Of a stretch of 64,000 nucleotides of DNA, positions 40,628 through 52,296 are shown one piece after another (the stretch's first letter is position 1; each line of letters opens with the position of its first letter). The stretch is from Octopus vulgaris (taxonomy: Eukaryota): positions 88,660,001 through 88,724,000 of the forward strand of contig OX597815.1 in NCBI GenBank assembly GCA_951406725.2, written 5' to 3'. Below the pieces are notes generated by a model that searched no databases, was not told the origin of the DNA, and worked only from the letters and a program-made list of their open reading frames with translations. The position numbers and the translations under genes were made by a program.

Positions 40628-41799
40628 AAAGACTATTTGATCAAATTTACATAAGTAAGGAAAAGAAAAAACAGTAGTATCAGCAATTATTCTTAACAAA
40701 GATAATAGAGACTACTCCAAATGTGTGAATGATTAAAAGAATCATTGGAAGGAACAGAGGGGAGTGAATATGATCTTGCTAAGTACAGTGACAACCCTGA
40801 GTGTATTTTCTGCTTTATTATAGGTCTTCAGCAAAGAATTACCTTGTTCATTCTTTCTAGACCTCACAATGACCGAGAGGACATATAGGGTCTTATTGAA
40901 AAAAGCATTAATTAATTAAATTAATGAAACAGAAATAAAAGCAACTCCAAAATACCTCACCCTCAGTACATGTTTCTATTCAAATTCCTATTTTAGAATC
41001 GCCGCTCTTTTGCCTTTGGGGGGCAATTGTAAATTATCTTAGTGATTATTCGTTTCCTTAGTGATGTACAATTTTGATTGATTAAATAGCGTTTTGGTTT
41101 CACAATACGGTGTTATTCCAGTACTTATGTATATATTCTTCAATACGGTGACATATGGGAATATTCCTTGAAAAGAGTTGACGGGGTTAAACAACGACAC
41201 CAACCCTTAAATGATGAAATGTAAATGATCCCTGTCGGTATTTAAGCACAACGTGTATGACTGTAGTGGAGTTCATTATATGCAATAGAGGATGACACGC
41301 ACCAGAAAGTTGAAGCCCAAGGTATAATGAGAGAACGAATGTTATGTTTTTATGTACCCCATGTATTGTTTTGTCTGTCCTTGTGGTGTCCTCTCTTTAT
41401 AAAGGCCATGTGCCTAAATAGAAGAAATAGAGAGAACGAATGATAGAGAGGGGGAGAAAGAGAAAGAAAGCGAAAGAAAGTAAAAGGATGTAGAAATAGT
41501 ATAACGTAAAAAGATTTTCTAGTAACAAAGTAATACAAAAGTAGCATTTTAATAACACAGTAGACAAAGAAACACTAATTCAATTTTTTTAATGTTTTAT
41601 ATCGTGCCCCTATCGGAACAGAAAGAAGAGCAGTTCTGACCATTTAAAGAGCCAATAAGATTGGTAGGGGAAGTTTTTTTCTCATTACACCCGACACTCA
41701 ACCCGAATGCTTGTAACAAAGCGAACTCTGATAAAAACGTAGCCAAGCATCAACTAATGGTAATACATAGAACAATAAATCAAGTCTATCCATCAAAAG

Positions 41800-41995
41800 C
41801 AAGTGAAATCCACCCAACGGGCTTCTGGAAGTTTCTACAGTTTCCGCCTGTCTAATATCACTCACAAAGAAAATAACTGAGTCGGTCTTATGAGTCACCC
41901 TATGGATGAAGAAAGTTTTCCAAATGTTTTGAAATAGAATCGAACCTAAAGCCATGGGATTGCGAAACGAATTTCTTAACCTCATGGCCATATCT
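41800..41995 (-). mobile_element. Old SINE family B-related copy
   Basis: ACGGGCTTCT...CAGTTTCCGCCT...CACTCACAA...ATCGAACC. Confidence 0.6.
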
Positions 41996-42330
41996 TCTTT
42001 AATATCTTGTTTTCAATTTTTCAGTTTACGCCTTGGGGCTCATTAGATGCTCAAGTATTGATTCATTTATTTTATTCTCTTTCTATATTAGGTATTATAG
42101 AATACATTGCTAAATGGTCTTTATTGTTTTCTTTTTGCTGTAAAATATTATTAAATAATATAAAAGAAGATGAAATGAAATAATTGTTCATTTAAAATTC
42201 TCGCATATTGTTTGTCCCCTCAGTAATTTCAAATAATTTACATTGATGTTGAAAGACATCATAATTAGTGTCAAGTGAAAAAGTAAGTGTACAGAGACTG
42301 ACAACACGTACAGCTAGTTACTTAATGTCA
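41970..42330 (+). repeat. Local duplication, copy 1 of about 350 bp (copy 2 at about 48522-48885)
   Basis: Roughly 90% identical direct repeat by eye. Confidence 0.9.
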
Positions 42331-44689
42331 TCAATGAACAAGTGAAGAGTCAATACTAGTTAGAACAAGATCCGAGTATACACCAAAGATTTGATGGATA
42401 AGTGGATAGTCAATAACAGCTCCAATCACAATAGTGGCAGTAACAAAATCAAGAAGCAAAACAACAATAACAAGAAAAATCCATCATAGCGACAACAAAC
42501 ATTCTTAATATGAACAGTTACAATAGTAAGTATGGCAAGAGCAACAAGAACAAAACATGATCAAATCTGGAATACTGTAGAGATCCGGTCTCTTATTCAC
42601 TTCTTTCAGCACATAACTAACTACACCATCACAGCACATACTCTAAAAACATACATAAAACACCTTATCTGAAGATAGCATTATACTGGTAGCCTTGTAC
42701 GGTTCTCCTAAAGCAGATGCAAAACCACCGAAACTACAGAAATCATCTAGAAACCAGGTTCCGAAATAACAGACTTTGAGTATCTGCTTCCAGACTCAGT
42801 GATTTTTATATAATTATTATTAGCGACAGAAGCAATATTAATACAAAAAAGTAATATTTATCTCCTCTTAAAAATGGATGCTGTGTTAGAATACAGAATA
42901 CTGCAACACTTACCATGAAGAACCTCTCATATAGGCTATTCGTTGCACATGAGCGCTCTTGTTTACATCGCTAGCGGACGATAAACCACCCGTCATCGCT
43001 ACCACCGATGATTTCAGCTTTTCCTGGCCTTGTCAATGTTAAACGCTCAACTGCTGGAAATAGCAGCGATATTCCTGCTAGCAATATACATAGAATCTCA
43101 TTGCCTCTATGTCAAAAGGAGTCCTTTTATGCACCAAAAAGTCCATACTAGAGATTCTCTCGTGGTAACTATCGCAGTGTTCTGTGTTCTAAAACAATAC
43201 CCACTTTTAAATGGGTATAAATGTCACCAGTGTTTTCTGTTTTACCAGCAATATAGAGGGAGCATCAAACACGTGCACCAATCGTATTCAATAACAGAAA
43301 CATTTCGCACACGAGGAAGATAAAAGGGAATTATGACACACCTTCAACAAGTCGCAATAAACAGAGAAGGCATAGTAACAAAAGAAAAACGACACAAAAT
43401 ATTGAGAGTAATTGCAGTATACTTGGCTTGATAAAAGACAAAACGTTGGTGTACAAACTCTATATTAACTTCATGACTATATCAGTTATGGTTTGGCTTT
43501 AATCTCTCTTCAACAACACACAAAGTGCGCAAGAACACCCAACGCATCATTAACAGGTTGTACATAGAGAACACTCTAGATCAACCATATTGAAAGAGAA
43601 AAACCATCTCGTCATGTGAGAGATATTGTTTATTTACACAACAAACTTCAGTTCTCCCAGTAATTTCCGACCACGCGAAAAACTGCCAAGGCACATCTAC
43701 AGCATTCCAAAATACTTCTCAATAACATTCGAAGGACACTACATATCCCATTCGACTAGCACAATCAAAGGAACATATTCATTAAGAAATAGATGCAAAA
43801 TCAGTAGCCATACCGGCCTCAAATATCTGAAGGAACAAACTTTTGCGTTCTGAGTGAGTCCACCATGTCTACGCTGTGGCTACTAGGATAATTTTACGGG
43901 CGTGTAGAAATTGACGTGCCAGAGGAAATAGTGCAGCATTTTTAAACTGTCATATATTGCATCCCATATCATCCATCTCTGCATATTAGGTTGTGGGGTA
44001 TGATTCTCAGTTAGATGATGACATGGTATAACTGAGAAAATTGATTCGTTGATCGCAGCATATCACTCTAGTATCAACTTGCATTCCATAGGGTGGGTTT
44101 ATCAGAAATGAGATGGATATAACCACGATGAAATAACTATTAGGTAGAGAGTTAAAACAGTTACTCAAAATAAAATATAAAAGACTACCTAAATATCAAA
44201 GGGAGCCATTTTGTTGTCAGAGAAGTTCCAAAACATAATGTATTAAGTCAGATTAAAACACCCAAATACATCTACAAGACAACAAACAATAAAAGCGTAA
44301 TGCCAAACTGAAACCCAGAAAACACAACTTTTTAGAATACATACAAAAACTACAGCAACATAAAATAATGCTGTTAATCTCAGTTGTTGTGTTGGGATGT
44401 ACACCATCAGAAATAGTAATATAGGAATATAACAATAACAATAACAGTATATATGTATGCATTCATTCAGAAGATAAATATAAAAATAAACAGATTGGAG
44501 TTGCAGAACAGGAACACTGTCCTTCATGTTTTTCGTAGATCAACATTGGTCAGGTATTAAGATTGTTGCAGTGTTTCTATAACTGGGAATGAGTTTAATT
44601 GAAATGTTTGTCTGAAAGACAATCTCAGAGAAGATATAGCTGGTGGATACTGTACAATATATGAATTACGACTGACTATTTAGAGTGTT

Positions 44690-44990
44690 TACATGATCTA
44701 GTGGTTAGAGCTGTGGACTCGCGGTCGAGGGATCGCGGGTTCGAATCTTAGACCGGGCGATGTGTGTGTTTATGAGCGAAACACCTAAGCTCCATGCGGC
44801 TCCGGCAGAAGGTAATGGCGAACTTCTGCTGACTCTTTCGCTACAAATTTCTCTCACTCTTTCCTCCTGCATCCCGTAGCTAACCTGCGACGGACCGGCG
44901 TCCCGTCCAGGTGGGGAACCTATACGCCAAGGAAACCGGGAAACCGGCCCTATGAGCCAGGCGTGGCTCGAGAAGGAACAAACAAACAAC
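44690..44990 (+). mobile_element. SINE family C variant with a tRNA-Arg-like head
   Basis: AGTGGTTAGAGCTGTGGACTCGCGGTCGAGGGATCGCGGGTTCGAATC contains A/B boxes. The tail is GGAAACCGGGAAACCGGCCC followed by (AAAC)n. Confidence 0.85.
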
Positions 44991-45162
44991 AATTTAGATT
45001 GTTGCTTAGCTAGTGGGAATAATACTATTGTTTATGAATGAGAAAGGAAGGGGTGATACATGAATAAGGAAGGAACGGGTGATGTCAGCGTTTCAACTTT
45101 GTGTGAATATATGTATGTAAAAGGAAGGTTTGTGAATGTATGTGTGTGCGCGCGCGTGTGCA

Positions 45163-45216
<54 letters not shown>

Positions 45217-45361
45217 TGCGTATGCGCAAACAATAGAAGTGAGATGGTTAACATTCAACGCTGGAAAGAAAAATCCTACAGCGTTTCAACTGTGCATTTG
45301 GTATGTTTCACTTCAGTACAATCTGTTCTCTATAAAGGAACGCGTCTGTTTTTTGTTGATA

Positions 45362-45582
45362 TACTCTTTACTCTTTTACTTGTTTCAGTCATTTGACTGC
45401 GGCCATGCTGGAGCACCGCCTTTAATCGAGCAACTCGACCCCGGGACTTATTCTTTTGTAAGCCCAGTACTTATTCTATCGGTCTCTTTTGCCGAACCGC
45501 TAAGTAACGGGGACATAAACACACCAGCATCGGTTGTCAAGCAATGCTAAGGGGACAAACACATACACACAAACACACACAC

Positions 45583-45633
<51 letters not shown>

Positions 45634-45798
45634 TACGACGGGCTTCTTTCAGTTTCCGTCTACCAAATCCACTCACAAGGCTTTGGTCGGCCCGAGGCTA
45701 TAGTAGAAGACACTTGCCCAAGGTGCCACGCAGTGGGACTGAACCCGGAACCATGTGGTTGGTAAACAAGCTACTTACCACACAGCCACTCCTGCGCC
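45362..45798 (-). mobile_element. SINE family B, young full copy
   Basis: Complete head-to-tail match, with internal (TA)n. Confidence 0.92.
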
Positions 45799-46146
45799 TA
45801 TATAAAGTAATCTTTTTGGTATTTCTCGACCAAATTTTATATAGCGTCATTATTATTAAATTTATGCATTTCTAATCAATTTGGAGATATTTGGTATCGA
45901 GTTGCAGAATTTTAACAATGCATTTGGTAATTATTTGCCTTATTTCTCGGGCAAAATTTACAACTTACAATAAAAGAATAAAATTATTATTTCATTCAAA
46001 AATTGAGCTTTGATTTTAGTGATGACTTAAAATGGCAAATATTTTTTCTAACAGTATTTGCATGAAAAAACACTTTCTTTTTTATATTTAGCAATTCTTT
46101 ATAATTACTTTTACGATGTGCCTAAATAAAAACCATCGTTATAGAT

Positions 46147-46373
46147 CAGCATTTCTCAACCTTTTTCGCGATTCGGCTTCCATTTGACATTGAAAAAAAT
46201 TATTTCGCCTCCCCTGTGTTGATGAAAAATTTAATTCAGCTCCCCATGTGTCTGAGATAGACCGGCAGGACCATGAAAAATCTGACGAAAGGGGTCGGGG
46301 TCAGAACATTTTCGTGCAGCTGGAGGCTCCAACCGAAACAGGGGAGCCGAAATGATAAGGTTGAGAAACGCTA
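46147..46373. mobile_element. hAT-type (Charlie/Buster-like) MITE, 227 bp
   Basis: TIRs CAGCATTTCTCAACCTT and AAGGTTGAGAAACGCTA, extended by TTCGGCT and AGCCGAA. There is no matching 8-bp TSD. Confidence 0.8.
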
Positions 46374-47088
46374 CGCCTGAATTCCTTACCTCCCAAACAC
46401 CCGCAGGACTAACACCTCACGAACTGCATCCGAAGGTTGGCGCGCCAATCATGCTGCTAAGGAATTTAGATGCTCCAATAATGTGCAATGGTACGCGGAT
46501 GTTTATCAAAATATTGTGCTCCCGAGTTCGGCAGGCAACAATCTTGAATGGACCGGCGGCTGGCAAAGGCGTACTTATAACTCCCATATCCCTCACTCCC
46601 TCTGATACGACCTACAAGTTTAAACGGGTGCAATTTCCCATCAAACTCTGCTTTGCCATGACAGTCAACAAGGCGCAGGGACAATCACTGCCATTGGTTG
46701 GTTTGAATCTGATAGAGCAAGTATTCTCACACGGACAACTGTATGTTGGCTGCTCCCGTGTTGGCAGTCCCCATAGTCTTTCCATTTGTGCAATCGAGGG
46801 AAGGACGAAGAATGTTGTCTACCAAGAGGCACCCCAATAATAACAACGGCAACTGCAACTGCTCCAATTTCAACTCCGCAATTTTTTCATCGTCCTGCCA
46901 GCCCACGTAAGTCCGTCTTGCTTTGCTCTTCTTATTAACTCACCATGACTGACATTCCTTTTTTTCTATCAAGATCCATCGCCCAAACAACACTTTGTGT
47001 TCACTTCTTCCTTTATTATTTTTTTTTATGTCTTCGTTTTTCTCGTCGCGTCGTTCTCCGACTGGGTGAAACCGAGCTTAGTTGCTAG
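46374..47088 (+). mobile_element. Helitron 3' part: Pif1-type helicase C-terminus plus the 3' terminus
   Basis: PEFL, KVGAPIMLLRNLD, CNGTR, FKRVQFPIKLCFAMTVNKAQGQSL, FSHGQLYVGCSRV and TKNVVYQE, with a stop at 46840. A degenerate hairpin (GGGTGAAACC) precedes CTAG|T at 47085-47088. Confidence 0.92.
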
Positions 47089-47117
<29 letters not shown>

Positions 47118-47119
<2 letters not shown>

Positions 47120-47718
47120 CCTTCGAACAGTAGGTCTCACCGAGGCAATGACTAGTGACCGAGGCTTTTGGAAATATGCAGTGCTTGAGAAGACCCGGCA
47201 AGCCAAATGAGACCATAACCTTGTGGCCTACGCCAGGGGTGTAACCTGCCCACTTATGCGTACCTTCCCTTCATTGGACACTGCTTGCGAAGACCTGTTG
47301 AGGTAAATGAAATCGAAATCAAATTCGATGGCTGGCATCCGTGCTAGTGGAGCACTAAGAGCACCATCCAGAGCGGCTAACTGGCATCCGTGCCGGTGGC
47401 ACATAAAAAGCACCGTTCGAGCGTGATCGTTACCAGCGTCGCCTTACTGATACTTGTGCCGGTGTGCAGGTGGCACGTAAAAAAAAACACCATTTGGGCG
47501 TGACCGTTGCCAGTACCGCCTAACTGGCCCTCATAGCGGTGGCACGTAAAAGAACCCACTACACTCTAGGAGTGGTTGGCGCTAGGAAAGGTATGTAGAA
47601 ACATTACCAGATCAAGATTGGAGCCTGGTGCAGCCATCTGGTTCGCCAGTCCTCAGTCAAATCGTCCAACCCATGCTAGCATGGAAAGCGGACGTTAAAC
47701 GATGATGATGATGACGAT
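47118..47718 (+). mobile_element. 3' end of an RTE-clade LINE
   Basis: The C-terminal peptide DLRTVGLTEAMTSDRGFWKYAV...* has its stop at 47210. A long internally repeated 3' UTR ends in CCATGCTAGCATGG...GACGTTAAAC followed by (GAT)n. Confidence 0.78.
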
Positions 47719-47911
47719 ATGTGTGTGTGTGTGTGTCTGTGTTATCATTTTTCCAGTGTGATTCTCAATCAGCGTCAGTACAACATAACCACCTCCATAC
47801 TACTTCATGCATTTGGCTGCGTTTTTCTATTGTTTATACATTGTTATGTACACATACAAAGAGACACACAAATATACTTGTACAGTATTTACAAAAATAG
47901 TCATTATTACT

Positions 47912-47968
47912 TTCCCTTCATTTTGATGATGGGATTATGAATGGCTCGAAACGTAAATGCACTAGGAA
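47912..47968 (+). ncRNA. Hammerhead-like motif (type I, minimal, probably mutated) in a PLE terminal fragment
   Basis: CATT-TTGATGA-T-GGG...CTC-GAAA-C-G-TA-AATG. Stem I is CATT/AATG plus TTCC/GGAA, and stem III is the palindrome ACGT. Confidence 0.55.
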
Positions 47969-48101
47969 GACTGTTAATAGATTTTGGAAGGTTATTGCCC
48001 CAAATAAAACGTAAAAGGCTAATAACGAAATATGACAACACCCTTAATAAAAAGATCAAACTCGAATATAACTCTCCGACACACACACACACACGCATAT
48101 A

Positions 48102-48505
48102 TACTCTTTTACTCTTTTACTTGTTTCAGTAATTTGACTGCGGCCATGCTGAAGCACCGCCTTTAGTCGAGCAAATCGACCCCGGGACTTATTCTTTGTA
48201 AGCCCAGTACTTATTCTATCGGTCTCTTTTGCCGAACCGCTAAGTTACGGGGACGTAAACACAACAGCATCGGTTGTCAAGCAATGTTAGAGGGACACAC
48301 ACAGACACACAAACATACACGCACATACATATATAAACATATATACGACGGGCTTCTTTCAGTTTCCGTCTACCAAATCCACTCACAAGGCTTTGGTCGG
48401 CCCGAGGTTATAGTAGAAGACACTTGCCCAAGGTGCCACGCAGTGGGACTGAACCCGGAACCATGTGGTTGGTAAACAAGCTATTTACCACACAGCCACT
48501 CCTGC
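48102..48505 (-). mobile_element. SINE family B, young full copy
   Basis: Complete match to the family. Confidence 0.92.
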
Positions 48506-48521
48506 TGTATATATATTTCTT

Positions 48522-48885
48522 ATATTTCTCAAATTCGTGGACATGTCTGCTTTAACATCTTGTTTTCAATTTTTCAGTTTACGCCTTGGGGCTCATTAGA
48601 GGCTCAAGTATTGATTAATTTATTTTATTCTCTTTCTATACCAAGTATTATAAAATACCTTGCTAAATGGTCTTTATTGTGTTCTTTTTGCTGTTAAATA
48701 GTATTAAATAATATAAAAGAAGATGAAATGAAATAATTGTTCATTTAAAATTCTCGCATATTGTCTGTCCCCTCAGTAATTTCAAATAATTTACATTGAT
48801 GTTGAAAGACATCGTAATTACTGTCAAGTGAATAAGTAATTGTATAGAGAGACTGACAATACAGTCTGCTAGTTACTTAACGTGT
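48522..48885 (+). repeat. Local duplication, copy 2
   Basis: Matches 41970-42330. Confidence 0.9.
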
Positions 48886-49249
48886 ATTTAATGAGTGTAT
48901 GTATGTATGTATGTATGTATGTATGTATGCGTGTGTGTGTGAGTACAAAAATATATGTACAAAGATATGTAGATGTAGTTAGGTATATAATATATATATG
49001 TATGTACTTACGTAATTCTTTTGGATTTATCAAATTTTTAATAATAGCTTTTAGGAAAGGCTACTATTCCTAACAATTTTGGTTGTATTCTGTAGCTTAC
49101 GAGACATGTAGCCATGCATAACTTTCTATTGATTTGATGAGTGTTCCCCCTCCAATTTTCTGTTGATGTTGTTTAGTCTAGTTTCCCTTGGTTCAAAGGG
49201 AACAACTGTGTACCAAGAGTGCCTAATCATTCTCTAAATCTCATGATGT

Positions 49250-50600
49250 TATTTTCCCTGTTGAGTACACACACAATGTACTCATTTCACTTTTTGCTCT
49301 TCGGCAGGTGCTATGTAAGTGATACGACACCGCACTCAGAGATTGTTTGGACTACTCTTATGCCTCTTGCTCCACCCTTTCGTTTAATATAGATTGTATC
49401 AACATTTTTGTTGAGGCTGAAGGCACTAGCAGTTGTCTTTCTAAGCTTGATATCCAAGTTGCATATCTTCTTGGGTGTTTAGCTTTAGAATCCCAAATGT
49501 TCTTTGCGGCATTGTTCTATTGAATATAGCTCTGACTTCCATAAGGTTTGAAATTTGCTAAAATATTCTTCCGCAATTCTAGCTTTACGATTGCAATATT
49601 CACATAAAGCCCGAGGTAACAGCTGCGTTCATAATTGGAGCTAGGTGAGATAGACAAGTTATTAATATCCAGATAAGCTATTAGCATCCAGATTCCTTGT
49701 CTGGTCAACAATCTTTCCTCGATGGACTATAAATATGAACGTTTATAACGAACAATCTCTATTCCTATTCCCCACGGGAACATTGTGACTAATTCTGTCT
49801 GCTGTGACTATTTCTAACTGTCTGTGTTATAAGTGTTACTTGCTCACAGCTAATGGTCATCAACAAAGATGGTGTGGGTAACATTAATTTTCACCTCTCT
49901 ATATATCTAGCATGTAGCCTTTAGTTTTCCTTTAATAAACTAATTCTGTTCGTGACTATAGCGGTAGTTTCGGTTTTATTTAATAGTTCTGTGGTAATTA
50001 TGTTGTCAGTTTCTTTATGCCATGGCCTATAACAGAATCTTTGCAGGGTATAATCAAACTAATATCCATAAGAAAAAGACAGTACATGTGGGTGTTGCTT
50101 CGCTTTCTTTAGGACAGACTTGTTGATGACGAACTTTTTTGCTTGGTACTACTTCTCATCAATCACCATAATTTGTTTCGCAGTGATCCTGGAGGAATGC
50201 ATTGATACAGCTTGTGTACATTTTGTACATATACCATTTAAATATGTAACTTTTGGCTAAATGCGGCTCCTGGTTTTTAGCTACGAGTGTTGTACATGCA
50301 ACTGTCTACCAATTTGGCTCTTCCAGTTCAGCGCTGATTATTCTTTGGAACAGATCGACAACGTCTGCTCTCCAAAACTTTTTCGTTCTGTACCTACCAA
50401 TAACCGACTTTCTTGTCTCTTCCACGTAATTCTCCTTTCGATAAATCTGAGCCACCGATAAAAAAAAAAATGGCAATATTTGTTTTGGGAGAGAGGTTTG
50501 CAAAGTACTCAATCCATAATTCTTTTAAACATACAGCATCATGGTTGTGTCGTTTGAGTACATTCCAAACGTCTGAGGAGGGGTCCTTTTACGCCCTGAG
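49250..50600 (-). pseudogene. Decayed R4/Dong-like RT region
   Basis: Minus-strand motif remnants occur in the expected order: MYK.YTS-like (about 50220), HTIFVDD (about 49865), and NVDTIYIKRK/GGARG (about 49370-49405). Confidence 0.6.
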
Positions 50601-51197
50601 AGTATCACCTTTCACGCAGCATATATCGATTGTAGGTTTAATGTAAACTTGCGATTGGTACACCTATGCACTAGAAATTTCGCACTTCATATGTAAGGGT
50701 AATTAACTTTACTTATAACTGTCGACAGTTCCTGTCAATCTTAAATGATCTATCATAAGGTTGCAGCTGGTTCTTGAATTTATTATTCAGTTTACACTTA
50801 ATGCATTATTCACTGTGTATGTATGTGTGTGCGTGAATGTTGCTGTGTGCTTGGAAGTACAAATGAAATAAAGAAGTACAAATGAAATAAATAAATAAAT
50901 AATGAACCTGTTAGTTAAATGGTGATGATTTGGACTATCGCTAAGGTTTCCCACAACATAAATATGAAAGATCGCGCTTTACGAGGATTCAGAATAGAGA
51001 GAACTGTCATTCAAACGAAAGTAATATAAGATCACACACATACACACACAAACATACACACGCACACTCGCTCCATCCCCACACGCGTACACACGTGTAT
51101 ACATCCATGTTACATAAACACTTGCACTTCTATAGCTAATGAGTAAGAGCCGCATGACACCTTAGAAGATGCTTCAACAGTGGACAAATTAATATCA

Positions 51198-51238
<41 letters not shown>

Positions 51239-51256
51239 ATATATATATATACATAC

Positions 51257-51321
<65 letters not shown>

Positions 51322-51434
51322 TGCCAACATAACATTTACTGATGGCGTGATTCTATACTGAATATCGAATCAAATAAATTGTAAAGAGAAAGTAAGTCAT
51401 AGCCAAATTTATCTGGACAAGGTGTATATAGGTG

Positions 51435-51528
51435 AGTGTCTGTATGGGAGAACAAGTGGATCACTAAACATGAAGTCTACTTTCTCTTTACAACTTATTT
51501 GATTCTAATTGTCACATATTATATTTAC

Positions 51529-51535
<7 letters not shown>
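51435..51535 (+). repeat. Flank A of a duplicated unit (second copy at 55926-56017)
   Basis: GAACAAGTGGATC(A/G)CTAAACATGAAGTCTACTTTCTC...TACAGGTATATAT is present twice. Confidence 0.9.
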
Positions 51536-51570
<35 letters not shown>

Positions 51571-51612
51571 AAACAAGTCAAAAATAGAAAATGCTAAGAT
51601 GATTTTATAGTG

Positions 51613-51665
51613 AATCTTTCAGTACCGGTTTCGGTCATTTTGAGATCTTTTCAACTGTAACGATT
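51613..51665 (-). ncRNA. Type I hammerhead ribozyme with a U3-A8 core variant
   Basis: Minus strand reads AATCGTTACAG-TTGAAAA-GATC-TCAAAAT-GACC-GAAA-CCGG-TA|CTGAAAGATT. Stem I is about 9 bp, stem II has 3 of 4 pairs, and stem III is the palindrome ACCGGT. Predicted cut between 51623 and 51622. Confidence 0.75.
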
Positions 51666-51993
51666 AAATAATTAAATTTAGAAAAATTAGAAGAAAAGTT
51701 TTTTTAAAAGAATATTTCTGTAGTAGTGTTCAGATATAAGTAGCATTCTGCCTTTCTCTGACTCCCTTGTTTGCACTTGTGTGTTCGAGGTCGTTTTGAG
51801 TTCTTGGTAGGATAGGTGAAGAATAATGGGGCTGATGTGGAGAGGGGTGGGGAAATCTGGGAATGCCTTAATGGTCGTATTTTGAATGGTCAGTGGCTGA
51901 CAGTGGTTGACAGTAGTCGCAGTTCAATTCAGGAATTGTTTATGGAATTTGCGTAGGCGTTATACTGAAAGACATTAGTGACAAGGTTAAGGG

Positions 51994-52137
51994 GTGGAAG
52001 GTGAAGTAGAAGAAGAAGAAGATGACGATGTTGATGATGATGATGAAGAAGAAGAAGAAGAAGAAGGAGAAGGAGAAGATGGTGGTGATGATGGTGGTGA
52101 TGATGATGACGACGAGGATGATGATAATGATGATGAT

Positions 52138-52170
<33 letters not shown>

Positions 52171-52172
52171 AA
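51994..52172. repeat. (GAA)/(GAT)/(GGT) trinucleotide field within the PLE 3' region
   Basis: Direct repeats. Confidence 0.9.
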
Positions 52173-52296
52173 AAACAGAGAAGGGAGAATATGAATGGGT
52201 GTAAGTATAGCTTTGATGGGGCTGATTAGTAATGGATTCTATGGAGTGTAATATTTGTGTGTGTATATATTTCTTTTATTCTAAAGTTGAGGTATA

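Noticed and set aside
43030-43900. Possible LINE RT remnant
   Set aside because: Only vague compositional similarity. No diagnostic motif could be read.
44690-44760. tRNA gene
   Set aside because: The tRNA-like sequence lacks a proper acceptor stem and terminator and continues into a SINE body. The same applies to the other SINE heads.
47385-47430. Pistol ribozyme (hairpin, AAA, pseudoknot, GCG resemblance)
   Set aside because: I could not identify P2/P3 or a GU cleavage site, so it is kept only as an unnamed pseudoknot motif.
51994-52204. Acidic poly-E/D ORF and poly-K/M ORF
   Set aside because: This is a trinucleotide repeat field antisense to the PLE 3' region, with no other coding evidence.
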